Shown here: positions 1 to 9,271 of the stretch, piece after piece
Position numbering within the stretch: position 1 is the first letter of the stretch
Layout: each line of letters starts with the position of its first letter
NCBI GenBank assembly: GCA_963792875.1
Contig: CAWBXV010000001.1
Location: 116,661 to 180,660 of the forward strand
Origin: an uncultured Gammaproteobacteria bacterium
GTDB taxonomy: Bacteria; Pseudomonadota; Gammaproteobacteria; Pseudomonadales; JAHEGP01
Reading direction: 5' to 3'
DNA: 64,000 bases
Position numbers and translations under genes: made by a program
Notes under the pieces: model-generated
Seen by the model: the letters and a program-made list of their open reading frames with translations, nothing else
Databases searched by the model: none
Told to the model about the DNA's origin: nothing

Positions 1-1
1 G

Positions 2-112
2 GTCGACGCTGACAGCGGCGTGGTCGCCGTTGCCGTCGAAGGTGTCAACAACGTCTGGGGCACGCATATGTCCGGCACCGTGCGTGTCGCCCTGCCCCGC
101 AACACGCAATAG
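2..112 (+). CDS. 3' end of a CDS running off the left edge (unknown; possibly the DUF35-type OB-fold partner that often precedes SCP-x-type thiolases)
   Basis: Frame open from the window edge (...VDADSGVVAVAVEGVNNVWGTHMSGTVRVALPRNTQ*), TAG at 110-112, 14 nt before the next ATG. AGGAG at 111-115 serves the next gene. Family guess is by context only. Confidence 0.35.
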   Translation, partial: VDADSGVVAVAVEGVNNVWGTHMSGTVRVALPRNTQ

Positions 113-126
113 GAGAAGCCCGCATC

Positions 127-1302
127 ATGGTCGCAAATATCACGGATAAAGCCGCGATTGTAGGCATCGGCACTACAGAGTTTTCGAAAAACTCCGGGCG
201 CTCGGAACTGTCCCTGGCGATCGAGGCGGTCAAGGCCGCACTGGACGACGCCGGCCTCAAGCCCACCGACGTCGACGGCATGGTGACCTTCACCATGGAC
301 ACCAATGAGGAGATCGAGGTCGCCCGCGCCCTGGGCTGTGACGAACTCACCTTCTACGGCCGCGTACCCTACGGCGGCGGCGCCGCCACCGGCACCCTGC
401 ACCAGGCGGTCATGGCCGTCGCCACCGGCATGGCCCAGACCGTGGTCTGTTACCGCGCGCTCAACGGCCGCTCGGGCTTCCGCTACTCCGATGGCGTATC
501 CGGCGACCTTATCACCGGCAGCGCCATCCACTACGGCTGGTACATGCCGTTCGGACTGCTCACTCCCGCCTCGTGGGTCGCCACCTACAGCCAGCGCTAC
601 ATGCACCTGTACGGCGTCACGCCGGACGCCCTGTTCGAGGTCGCCCACAGCACCCGCAATTACGCCGTGAACAACCCGGCCGCGTTCTTCTATCAGCGCC
701 CCTTCACGCGGGAGGAGTACGACAACGCCAAGATGATCAGCAGCCCGCTGCAGCTGTTCGACTGCTGCCAGGAGAGCGACGGCGGCTCGGCGGTCATCGT
801 CACCACGGCCGAGCGGGCCAGGGATCTGCGCCAGCCCGGCGTGCTGATCAAGGGCGTCGCGCAGTGCGCCGGCAAGAACATGGAGGAGATGACCTCATTC
901 TACCGTCCCGAGATCGCCTGCCTGCCGGAGATGGAGCGCGCTGCCAGTATGGCGTACGCGCAGTGCGGCCTCACCGCCGCCGACATCGACTGCGCCGTTA
1001 TCTACGATGCCTTTTCATCGATCGTGTTGTGGCAGCTTGAGGCCTGGGGCTTCTGCGGTCTCGGCGAGGCCGGCGACTTCGTGCTCGACGGTCACCTGCG
1101 GCCGGACGGCCGCCTGCCCACCAACACCCACGGCGGCCAGCTCTCCGAGGCCTATATCCACGGCGTCAACGGCATCGTCGAGGCGGTGCGCCAGGTGCGT
1201 GGCACCTCACTGAACCAGCCCGGCAAGACCGTCAACCACGCCCTGGTCACCTCCGGCGTGGGCGTGCCCACCGGCGGCGCCATTCTGGGTCGGATGGATT
1301 GA
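127..1302 (+). CDS. thiolase-family protein, SCP-x / lipid-transfer-type (acetyl-CoA acetyltransferase-like)
   Basis: 391-aa ORF with ATG preceded by AGGAG. N-terminus KAAIVGIGTTEFSKNSGRSELSL and overall layout are typical of nsLTP-type thiolases. Confidence 0.85.
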   Translation: MVANITDKAAIVGIGTTEFSKNSGRSELSLAIEAVKAALDDAGLKPTDVDGMVTFTMDTNEEIEVARALGCDELTFYGRVPYGGGAATGTLHQAVMAVATGMAQTVVCYRALNGRSGFRYSDGVSGDLITGSAIHYGWYMPFGLLTPASWVATYSQRYMHLYGVTPDALFEVAHSTRNYAVNNPAAFFYQRPFTREEYDNAKMISSPLQLFDCCQESDGGSAVIVTTAERARDLRQPGVLIKGVAQCAGKNMEEMTSFYRPEIACLPEMERAASMAYAQCGLTAADIDCAVIYDAFSSIVLWQLEAWGFCGLGEAGDFVLDGHLRPDGRLPTNTHGGQLSEAYIHGVNGIVEAVRQVRGTSLNQPGKTVNHALVTSGVGVPTGGAILGRMD

Positions 1303-1329
1303 CCCACGCCGGCAGTACCGGCGACCCGC

Positions 1330-1935
1330 TCAGCGCAGCATCAGCGCCTGGTCCAATGGCCGCTGGACCAACGCGCGCAGCGCCTGCTCGCTGCGCAGGC
1401 CGATGCCCTGCGGGCCGTTGCGCGTGTACAGCGTGATGTGCGGTGGCGGCGTCGGCACTGCCGCCGAGCGGGGCAGCAGCCGGCGCAACTGCCGGTAGAA
1501 TGCGGCCAGCTGCGGCACATCGACCATCTGCACGACGCTGACCTGCCGCCCGCCGCGCCCGGCCGCCGGGCGCGACAACAGGTAGCAGCGCGGCCTTGGC
1601 CGCAGCGACCAGTCGCCGGCCTCAAACAGCGCCGCCAACGCCGCCTCATCCAGCCGGCCGGCGTCGATCCACGCCAGCAGGCGGCGCCCCAAGCGGCTGC
1701 CGATCACGGTGAGATGAAACTCCGGCTTGCGCTGCAGCGAGCGACCGTCGATGAGCAGATGCGGCCGCAGCCCGCGACCGTAGCCCGGCACGCTGATCAC
1801 CTGCGTGGGCGCATCTGCGCACAGCGGGCGCCACTGCGGAACCAGGCGCCATCGCCGCCGCTGGAGAGGTCCGGCCTGGAGAGGTCCGGCCTGGAGAGGT
1901 CCGGCCTGGAGGGCTGCGTGCCCTGCCCGCGGCAC
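1330..1935 (-). CDS. hypothetical protein, 2H-phosphoesterase-like (LigT/CPDase-type double H-x-T-x motif)
   Basis: Two H-x-T-x motifs in hydrophobic context (EFHLTVIG at His74, PPHITLYT at His166). Same strand as, and 71 nt downstream of, the enoyl-CoA hydratase gene. Start uncertain: the N-terminus contains (AGPLQ)x3 from a tandem repeat, and GTG at 1800 is an alternative start. Confidence 0.5.
   Translation of the reverse strand: MPRAGHAALQAGPLQAGPLQAGPLQRRRWRLVPQWRPLCADAPTQVISVPGYGRGLRPHLLIDGRSLQRKPEFHLTVIGSRLGRRLLAWIDAGRLDEAALAALFEAGDWSLRPRPRCYLLSRPAAGRGGRQVSVVQMVDVPQLAAFYRQLRRLLPRSAAVPTPPPHITLYTRNGPQGIGLRSEQALRALVQRPLDQALMLR
1861..1914. repeat. perfect 15-bp tandem repeat, 3.6 copies (CTGGAGAGGTCCGGC)
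   Basis: Units at 1861-1875, 1876-1890 and 1891-1905 are identical. A partial copy CTGGAGGGC follows at 1906-1914. Confidence 0.95.
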
Positions 1936-2006
1936 TACCCTGCTCCCCCTCGGCGGCGCCCCAAGGCGCGCTCACCCACGGCGGGTCGGCGTCCGGCGTG
2001 GCGCCA

Positions 2007-2786
2007 TCATTCGAAGCGGCTGAAATCCGGCGCGCGCTTCTCGCTGAACGCGGTCATCGCCTCGAGGGCCTCGGGCGAGCTGAGCGCGCGCTGAAAGATC
2101 TGTGCCTCCACGCCGATGCGCGCTCTGAGCTCATCGACCGGACGCATCAGGCGCTTGCTGCTGCGCAGCGCCCGCTTCGGCTTGCGCGCCAGGCGCAACG
2201 CCACTGAGCGCGCCTGCACCAGCTCCTCACCGCCGGCGAACGCCGCGTTGACAACGCCGGCCTCGACCATCTGGGCGGCGCTGAAACGATCACCGAGCAA
2301 CAGCATCTGGGCCGCACGGCGATAGCCCATCTGGGACGGCATGGTCAACGAAGAGGCGGCCTCGGGCACCAGCCCGAGATCGACAAAGGGCGTGGCGAAC
2401 ATCGCGCGATCGCTGGCGTAGACGAAATCGCAGTGAAACAGCAGGGTCACGCCCACGCCGACCGCCGACCCGTTGACCGCCGCCACCACCGGCACATCGG
2501 TGCCGGCCAGGGCGTACAGAAAGCGCACCACCGGCGCGTCGGCGCCCGACTCAGCGGCATCCGACGCTGCCATCGCCAGAAAGTCGCCGATATCATTGCC
2601 GGAGGTGAAACTGTCGCCGGCACCGGTAATCAGCAGCACGCGCAAGCCGGGTTCGTTCTCCACCCGCTCCAGCGCCTGCAGCATGGCCTCGTACATCGCC
2701 TGCGTGAGGGCGTTCTTGCGCTCAGGCCGGTTTAGGGTCAATTCGAGTACACCCTCCGCTGTGGTGCACACAATATGCTCGCTCAT
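2007..2786 (-). CDS. enoyl-CoA hydratase/isomerase (crotonase family)
   Basis: Real start is ATG at 2786 (MSEHIVCTTAEGVLELTLNRPERKNALT...GAGDSFTSGNDIGDF), a crotonase-fold signature. The 514-aa ORF in the track is an upstream run-on. Confidence 0.9.
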   Translation of the reverse strand: MSEHIVCTTAEGVLELTLNRPERKNALTQAMYEAMLQALERVENEPGLRVLLITGAGDSFTSGNDIGDFLAMAASDAAESGADAPVVRFLYALAGTDVPVVAAVNGSAVGVGVTLLFHCDFVYASDRAMFATPFVDLGLVPEAASSLTMPSQMGYRRAAQMLLLGDRFSAAQMVEAGVVNAAFAGGEELVQARSVALRLARKPKRALRSSKRLMRPVDELRARIGVEAQIFQRALSSPEALEAMTAFSEKRAPDFSRFE

Positions 2787-2963
2787 GGCGCCAGACTCCT
2801 GCTCCGTGGGTTGCGTCCATGATGCCCGAATTACCCGCTTGGCAACCAATAATTTCTTTGACGGGCGGCCCGGCGGCGCGCGGAAGTTGGCATGCCTGGC
2901 GCCTTCGCGTTTAAGATAGACGGTGCCGGTCTCAGCCCCCTGTCCTGGAACCCCCCGTCGACG

Positions 2964-3581
2964 ATGACTAATCATAATCTGCTGGTGCTGTTTGCCCACC
3001 CCTCCATCGATCGCTCTGACGTCAATGCGCAGCTGCTGCAGGCCAGCCGCGCAGCGCCGGGCGTCACCGTCGTGGATCTCTACGGCGAGTACCCGACCTA
3101 CCAGATCGACATCGACAGAGAACAGCGGCGCCTGCTGGATCACGACGTCATCATCTTCATGTTTCCCCTGTACTGGTACTCCACGCCATCCATTCTCAAG
3201 GAGTGGCAGGACCTGGTGCTGGAGTATGGCTTCGCCTACGGCAGTCAGGGCAGCGCGCTGCACGGCAAGATCTTTCTGTGTGCCATCTCCGCCGGCGGGT
3301 CGGAGCAGGCCTATCGCCGGGAGGGCTACAACCACTACACCATCCGCCAGCTGCTGCAACCACTGGAGCAGATGGCGGCGCTCTGCGGTATGCGCTACCT
3401 GCCGCCGTTCGCCCTGTTCGGCTCGCGCACGGCGGCGGAAAACGGCCTGCTGGAGGCACATGTCGCCAAGTGGCAGCGCACGCTGCAGGCCCTGCGGGAG
3501 GGGCGGCTGGATGTCAGGCGGGCGCAGGCGCTGCCGCGCCTGGACGAGCATCTCGACAAACTGGTCGGGGCGGCGCCATGA
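2964..3581 (+). CDS. kefF: KefF/KefG-type flavodoxin-like NAD(P)H quinone oxidoreductase, ancillary subunit of the K+ efflux system
   Basis: MTNHNLLVLFAHP...FPLYWYSTPSILKEWQDLVLEYGFAYGSQGSALHGK...LPPFALF is collinear with E. coli KefF/KefG as recalled. Its stop overlaps the kefC ATG (ATGA). Confidence 0.8.
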   Translation: MTNHNLLVLFAHPSIDRSDVNAQLLQASRAAPGVTVVDLYGEYPTYQIDIDREQRRLLDHDVIIFMFPLYWYSTPSILKEWQDLVLEYGFAYGSQGSALHGKIFLCAISAGGSEQAYRREGYNHYTIRQLLQPLEQMAALCGMRYLPPFALFGSRTAAENGLLEAHVAKWQRTLQALREGRLDVRRAQALPRLDEHLDKLVGAAP

Positions 3582-5506
3582 CCGGCTACCTGATCACCGC
3601 CTTCATCTACCTCTGTGCCGCCGTCATCGCCGTGCCTGTGGCCAAGCGGCTTGGGCTGGGCTCGGTGCTGGGCTACCTCTGCGCCGGTGTGATCATCGGC
3701 CCGGTGCTGGGCCTGGTGGGCCAGGAAGCCGCCCGCCTGCAGCACCTGGGTGAATTCGGCGTGGTCATGATGCTCTTCCTGGTCGGCCTCGAACTGGAAC
3801 CCCGCATGCTCTGGCAGATGCGCCATCGTCTGCTCGGCCTCGGCGGCCTGCAGGTGGGCGGCACTGCGCTGGCGGTCGCTGCCATCGGCCTGCTGCTGGG
3901 GCTGGCCTGGCAGGTCGCGCTGTGCGTGGGGCTGATATTCTCGCTGTCCTCGACGGCCATCGTGCTGCAGACATTCAGCGAAAAAGGTCTGAGCCGCACC
4001 CCGGGTGGACGCACGGCATTCTCGGTGCTGCTGTTTCAGGACATCGCCGTCATTCCGATGCTGGCGCTGCTGCCGCTGCTGGCGCTGCCCGAGCTGGGCG
4101 CGTCGGCGCCCAGCGCCGCGGGCCACGGCGGCGAAGGCCACGAAGCCCTGAACCTGGTGGCTCATCTGCAGGGCTGGCAGCATGCCGCGGTGGTGCTGGC
4201 AAGCGTTACCGTGGTCGTGCTGGCCGGACACTATCTGGGCCGGCCGCTGTTCCGCATCGTGGCCGATACCGGCCTGCGGGAGCTGTTCACGGCGACATCG
4301 CTCGCCCTGGTCATCGGCGTGGCGGCGCTGATGAGCCTGGTCGGGCTGTCCCCTGCGCTGGGCACCTTCCTCGCCGGCGTGGTACTGGCCAACAGCGAAT
4401 TCCGCCACGAGCTGGAAAGCAATATCGAGCCGTTCAAGGGCCTGCTGCTGGGATTGTTCTTTATCACCGTCGGCGCCGGCATCCAGTTTGGCGTCCTCGC
4501 CGAACATCGCTGGCTGATCATCGGGCTCACTGCCGGCATCATGCTGCTCAAAGGTGCGGTGCTGTGGGGGCTGGCCGCGCTGTTTGGCGTGCGCGGCACC
4601 GATGGCTGGCTGCTCACCCTGAGCCTGGCGCAGGCCGGCGAGTTCGGCTTCGTGCTGCTGAGTTACAGCGTGCAGAACCAGGTGCTGCCCGCCGACCTGG
4701 CCCAGCTGCTGTCGCTGGTGGTCGCACTGTCGATGTTTCTCACGCCCGTGCTGTTCATCGTGTTCGACCGGCTGGTGGTGCCGCGCTATCAGCGACGGGG
4801 CGGCGAGCGCGAGGCCGACACCATCGACGAGCACGGCCCCGTCATCATCGCCGGCATCGGCCGCTTCGGCCAGATCGTCAACCGCATGCTGACCGCCAAC
4901 GACATCAGGACCGTGGTACTGGACCGCGAGATCGGGCAGGTCGACAACATGCGCAAGATCCGCATCAAGAGCTTTTACGGCGACGCCACCAGGCCGGCCC
5001 TGCTGCACACCGCCGGCATCGACGACGCCGCGCTGTTCGTCGTGGCCATCGACGAAGCGGAGCAGGCCGTCGAGCTGGTGCGCTATCTCAAGCACGCCCA
5101 CCCCCATCTGCGCGTCCTGGCCAGGGCCCGCGACCGCCTCCACCTGTATCATCTGCGCGACGCGGGCGCCGATTACATCGTCGCCGAAACCTACCACTCC
5201 GCGCTCAACATGGGCAGCGCGGTGCTGCGCGAGCTGGGCGTCCACCCCTTCAAGGCCGAACAGTTGCGGGCCGCCTTCGAGCAGATCGAACAGAACAGTA
5301 TCGATCAGCTCTATGGTGCCTGGCAGCAGCGGGGCGAGGGCGAACGGGTGGGCACCAACTACCTGCAGCTGTTCTTCGAGCTCGACGGCATTATCCGCCA
5401 GGCCATGCTGCGCGATCGCGACGATCGCCACCCGCGGTCAGCGCGGGGGTGGACGCCGCCGCCCAGGAACTACGAGGAAGTCATCGAGTTGCCGGACATC
5501 GACTGA
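3578..5506 (+). CDS. kefC: glutathione-regulated potassium-efflux system protein KefC/KefB (CPA2 antiporter with RCK domain)
   Basis: 642 aa. N-terminus MTGYLITAFIYLCAAVIAVPVAKRLGLGSVLGYLCAGVIIGP with a multi-TM exchanger domain, plus a C-terminal TrkA-N/RCK Rossmann motif (VIIAGIGRFGQIV). The ORF-track start at 3203 is a run-on. Confidence 0.9.
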   Translation: MTGYLITAFIYLCAAVIAVPVAKRLGLGSVLGYLCAGVIIGPVLGLVGQEAARLQHLGEFGVVMMLFLVGLELEPRMLWQMRHRLLGLGGLQVGGTALAVAAIGLLLGLAWQVALCVGLIFSLSSTAIVLQTFSEKGLSRTPGGRTAFSVLLFQDIAVIPMLALLPLLALPELGASAPSAAGHGGEGHEALNLVAHLQGWQHAAVVLASVTVVVLAGHYLGRPLFRIVADTGLRELFTATSLALVIGVAALMSLVGLSPALGTFLAGVVLANSEFRHELESNIEPFKGLLLGLFFITVGAGIQFGVLAEHRWLIIGLTAGIMLLKGAVLWGLAALFGVRGTDGWLLTLSLAQAGEFGFVLLSYSVQNQVLPADLAQLLSLVVALSMFLTPVLFIVFDRLVVPRYQRRGGEREADTIDEHGPVIIAGIGRFGQIVNRMLTANDIRTVVLDREIGQVDNMRKIRIKSFYGDATRPALLHTAGIDDAALFVVAIDEAEQAVELVRYLKHAHPHLRVLARARDRLHLYHLRDAGADYIVAETYHSALNMGSAVLRELGVHPFKAEQLRAAFEQIEQNSIDQLYGAWQQRGEGERVGTNYLQLFFELDGIIRQAMLRDRDDRHPRSARGWTPPPRNYEEVIELPDID

Positions 5507-5600
5507 ACACCACCGCGCCGCCGGGCGCGGCAAACCAGGGGCAGAACAATCCGCGCAGGCGGCCCGTGCCGGTGTCGCCATGCAGGAATGACGGCCATGA

Positions 5601-6485
5601 ATGACTTTGCAGTCTGCGCCATCCGCGCATAGGCTTAAGCCGATGGACGAATCGAGCGACAGCGGGCCATTATCGAGGCCGGCAGGCCAGCGATGCCGGC
5701 CCGCCGGGCTCCGCCTGCGTGCCAGCGCCATCAGCGACACCGGCCTGGTGCGCCGCAATAATGAGGACAGCTTCGTCGACGACGCCAGGCTCGGCCTGTG
5801 GCTGGTCGCGGACGGCATGGGCGGCGCGGGCGCCGGCGAAGTCGCGGCGGCCATTGCCTGCAGCGCGGTACACCGCGCCGTCGCCGAGGGCCGCACCCTC
5901 GCGGAGGGAATGCAGGCGGCGCATCGTGCGATCGGCGCAGCGGCGCTGGCTGGTGCCGGCGCGTTTGGCATGGGCACGACCGCGGTCGCCCTGACCAGCA
6001 GGGGGCGGCACTATGACGTCGCCTGGGTTGGCGACAGTCGGGCCTATCTCTGGGACCTGCGACAGCTCACCAGAGTCACCAGGGACCACTCCCTGGTACA
6101 GGAACTGGTCGATGCGGGCGTCATCGACGAGCAGGCGGCGCGCACGCACCCCCAGCGCAATATCATCACCCGCTCCCTCGGGGCCGGGCTGGCGATGGCG
6201 CCGAACGTCGGCCGCGCCCGCGGGCGCTGGTCACCTGGCCAGAGCATGCTGCTGTGCAGCGACGGCTTGTGCGGCGAGCTGAGCGACGAGGCGATGGCCG
6301 CGATCCTGGCCGCGAGCCTCGCTCCCGATGACGCCGTGCGCCAGTTGTGCCGTGCCGCTCTCGACCACGGCGGTCGCGACAATATCACCGCCATCCTGGT
6401 GTGCGCCCCTGCCCCCGCTGCGCCCTGGCGGCGGCTGGTCGGCTGCCTGCAGCGTACAGCGCGGTCGATCAGGTCGCGATGCTAA
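5601..6485 (+). CDS. PP2C-family serine/threonine protein phosphatase
   Basis: SDTGLVRRNNEDSF, VADGMGG and GGRDNITAILV motifs of PPM/PP2C phosphatases. Start uncertain (ATG 5601 or ATG 5643). Its stop overlaps the bcp stop by 4 nt on the opposite strand. Confidence 0.8.
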   Translation: MTLQSAPSAHRLKPMDESSDSGPLSRPAGQRCRPAGLRLRASAISDTGLVRRNNEDSFVDDARLGLWLVADGMGGAGAGEVAAAIACSAVHRAVAEGRTLAEGMQAAHRAIGAAALAGAGAFGMGTTAVALTSRGRHYDVAWVGDSRAYLWDLRQLTRVTRDHSLVQELVDAGVIDEQAARTHPQRNIITRSLGAGLAMAPNVGRARGRWSPGQSMLLCSDGLCGELSDEAMAAILAASLAPDDAVRQLCRAALDHGGRDNITAILVCAPAPAAPWRRLVGCLQRTARSIRSRC

Positions 6486-6958
6486 GCCATGTTTTCCCGC
6501 ACGTAGGCCAGGACGTCATCGTGGTGGGTCTTGGTCTTCACCTTGTCCATGATGTGCCTGAGGCGCCCGTCCTGATCGATGAAGAAGGTGGTGCGCAGGA
6601 TCCCCATCGACTCCTTGCCCATGAACTTCTTCAACGCCCACACCCCGTACTTTTCGGCAATGGCGTGGTCCTCATCGGACAGCAGGGTGAAATTGAGCCC
6701 CTCCTTCTCGATGAAGCGGCCCAGCTTTTTGACAGGGTCAGGGCTGATGCCCAGCACCACGGTGTCCAGCCCCGCCAGCGCCTGCTGACTGTCGCGGATG
6801 CCGCAGGCCTGCACCGTGCAGCCAGGGGTCATGGCGCGCGGGTAGAAATAGACCACCACGTTGCTGCGGCCCCGGAAATCCTTCAAAGACACCACCTTGC
6901 CATGCTGATCCGGCAGGGAAAAGGACGGGGCCATGTGGCCGACGATGGGAAAAGGCAT
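6482..6958 (-). CDS. bcp: thioredoxin-dependent thiol peroxidase (peroxiredoxin Bcp)
   Basis: 158 aa collinear with E. coli Bcp, including FYPRAMTPGCTVQAC (Cys-x4-Cys) and NFTLLSDEDH. Confidence 0.93.
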   Translation of the reverse strand: MPFPIVGHMAPSFSLPDQHGKVVSLKDFRGRSNVVVYFYPRAMTPGCTVQACGIRDSQQALAGLDTVVLGISPDPVKKLGRFIEKEGLNFTLLSDEDHAIAEKYGVWALKKFMGKESMGILRTTFFIDQDGRLRHIMDKVKTKTHHDDVLAYVRENMA

Positions 6959-6987
6959 ATTCTGATTCTCCTGTCACGGTAAAAAGT

Positions 6988-8397
6988 TCAGGTTTCATCG
7001 GCAAGCAGCTCACGCGGCAGCTGCTTGGTCGTCTTGGCACCCAGCTGATCCAGCTTGGCCGCCGCCAGCAGCAGGTTGCCGCGCCCGCTGCGCAAGCGCT
7101 CGGTGGTCTGGTGCCAGGAGTCCTGTGCCTTCCCCAGGTACTTGCCGACGTCCTGCAGCGACTCCGCCACGCGCACTATCTGATCGTGAATGCGGCCTGC
7201 CTGCTGGGCGATTTCCTCCGCGTTGCGATTCTGGTTCTCATAGCGCCAGATGCTCTGCACAGTACGCAGCGTAGCGAGCAATGTACCAGGGCTCACCACG
7301 ATAATATTCTTGTCGTAGGCGCGCCGGAACAGCGCCGGCTCGTGTTCGAACACCAGCAGAAACGCCGTCTCGATGGGGATGAAGATGAGCACGAAATCGA
7401 GGCTGCGGATACCCTCGAGATTTTCGTAGGACTTGACGCTGAGGCCCTCGACGTGGCTCTTCACACTGGCGATATGCGCCTTGAGGTGCGCCAGCTTCTG
7501 GCCGTCGTCCTCCGCCACGTAATAGCGCTCGTACTCGATCAGCGACACCTTGGCGTCGATCACGATGTCCTTGTTGTCCGGCAGGCGCACGATGACATCG
7601 GGATAGCGGCGCCGCCCATCCGCCGAACGCAGGGCCACCTGAGTCTCGTACTCGTGCCCCTTGCGCAGCCCCGACTCCTCGAGCAAGCGCTCGAGAATCA
7701 TCTCGCCCCAGTTGCCCTGCACCTTGTTGTCGCCCTTGAGCGCCTTGGTCAGATTGACCGCATCCTCGCTGATTCTTCGATTGAGGTCTTTCAGTTCGTC
7801 GATCTGGTTGATCAACGACATGCGGTCGCGCGACTCCTTGTCGTAGACGTCCTCGACCCTGCTCTTGAAATCCTTCAGCTGCTGGCGCAGCGGCACCAGG
7901 GTCTGATCGAGACTGGTCTTGCTGAGCTGGCTGAATTTCTCTGATTTTTCCTCAAAGATTTTCTGCGCCAGATTTTCGAACTCCTGCCCCATCTGCACCC
8001 GCGCCTCCTGCAGCATCTGCAGCTGCTCGGCAAAGCGCTTGCGCTCCTGCACGAGAGTCGCCTCGAGGCCGGCATATTCCGCCCGCAGCTGGCTGATCTT
8101 CTCGCTCTGATAGTTGATATGGCCGTTGAGTTCGGTGTTGATGTGCTCCTGACGTCTCAGCTGCTTGACGTTCTCGCGGCCGCGGGCCACCTCCTGCAGC
8201 AGTTCCTTCTGCTCGTCGTTGAACTCCTCCACCAGCGATTGCGCCAGCTCAAGCTCCTGCATGAGCTGCAGGCGCGAGCGGTGCTGCCAGACGAGCGTGA
8301 CCACGCCGAGCACGGCGAGCGATACGGCGGCGTAGGGCGCGCCCGATTTAACGTAGGGCATCGCCGCTTCCACATAGGGAATGACGACTTCAAGCAT
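6988..8397 (-). CDS. rmuC: DNA recombination protein RmuC
   Basis: 469 aa with an N-terminal TM helix, a long coiled-coil (LRRQEHINTELNG...) and a C-terminal RmuC domain (YPDVIVRLPDNKDIVIDAKVSL...VLIFIPIE). Confidence 0.88.
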   Translation of the reverse strand: MLEVVIPYVEAAMPYVKSGAPYAAVSLAVLGVVTLVWQHRSRLQLMQELELAQSLVEEFNDEQKELLQEVARGRENVKQLRRQEHINTELNGHINYQSEKISQLRAEYAGLEATLVQERKRFAEQLQMLQEARVQMGQEFENLAQKIFEEKSEKFSQLSKTSLDQTLVPLRQQLKDFKSRVEDVYDKESRDRMSLINQIDELKDLNRRISEDAVNLTKALKGDNKVQGNWGEMILERLLEESGLRKGHEYETQVALRSADGRRRYPDVIVRLPDNKDIVIDAKVSLIEYERYYVAEDDGQKLAHLKAHIASVKSHVEGLSVKSYENLEGIRSLDFVLIFIPIETAFLLVFEHEPALFRRAYDKNIIVVSPGTLLATLRTVQSIWRYENQNRNAEEIAQQAGRIHDQIVRVAESLQDVGKYLGKAQDSWHQTTERLRSGRGNLLLAAAKLDQLGAKTTKQLPRELLADET

Positions 8398-8614
8398 GGC
8401 CAGCGGGCAGAGGCAGCGGATTCGTTGAACGGATTATTGTTGTCTCATGCGGTTATTGCACTCGCCGTCTGACTGACAGGTTTGATCAGGGGACAACCCG
8501 GACGCGTTACCGCACTGGTCCGGTACAGCTGCCCCATGTGAAAAAGTATAGACGGCAATTTTCCCATCCGGCAATTTTTCGCTGGCTTTTTTTTCGCGGC
8601 AGCGAGCGGCGGCG

Positions 8615-9169
8615 CTAGCCGCTTCCCGGCGGATGCAGGCGACGCTGGATGACCTCGTGCCGCACCGGGAAATGGCCGCGCTGGCAGTCCTGGATCAGGT
8701 AGGTCAGGGTGTCGGTCACCACGGGAAAGGCCAGGGTATCCCACGGAATCTGCGCGAACTCGAACAGTTCGGCGTCGAGGCTTTCGACGCCCACCCCGAA
8801 TTTTCCCTCGACCACCCGGGCGCGGTAGAACATGTAAACCTGGGAGATATGGGGCAGATCGAACAAAGTATACAGCTGCAGATCGGCGACGTCGGCGCAG
8901 GCCTCCTCCAGGGTTTCGCGCCGGGCACCGTCGCTGCAGGCCTCTCCGTTCTCCAGAAATCCCGCCGGCAGCGTCCAGTAGCCCTTGCGGGGTTCGATCG
9001 CCCGCCGGCACAACAGCACCCGCCCCTCGTACAGCGGCACGCAACCCACGACGATCTTCGGATTCTGGTAGTGAATGACCTGACAGCGCTCGCACACGAA
9101 GCGCGGCCGGTTGTCGTTTTCCGGTATCCTGAGCGCGACAGCCGCGCCGCACACACTGCAGTAATTCAT
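8615..9169 (-). CDS. NUDIX hydrolase with N-terminal zinc ribbon
   Basis: Start at MNYCSVCG (ATG 9169). Has C-x2-C...C-x2-C and a Nudix box GFLENGEACSDGARRETLEEA (G-x5-E-x7-REuxEE). Confidence 0.85.
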   Translation of the reverse strand: MNYCSVCGAAVALRIPENDNRPRFVCERCQVIHYQNPKIVVGCVPLYEGRVLLCRRAIEPRKGYWTLPAGFLENGEACSDGARRETLEEACADVADLQLYTLFDLPHISQVYMFYRARVVEGKFGVGVESLDAELFEFAQIPWDTLAFPVVTDTLTYLIQDCQRGHFPVRHEVIQRRLHPPGSG

Positions 9170-9271
9170 GGGATAAGCACCACTGTTGGGAGTTGGAGCG
9201 CGACGCGCTGCCGGCACCATGCCCACCGCTCCACCTGAGCCGCTGCTGACGCCCCGCCAGCGCGCCCGCCC

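Noticed and set aside
2007-3551. Very long N-terminal extensions in the ORF track (for example 2007..3551, 10301..10831, 16172..17038, 35202..36602, 35870..38569, 41209..43572)
   Set aside because: Homology-like sequence begins at an internal ATG/GTG with an RBS (MSEHIV, MLTVRLF, MKQYRF, MTEATES, MKGGRAAV, MCGVVGI). The upstream parts overlap neighbouring genes and are compositionally noise.
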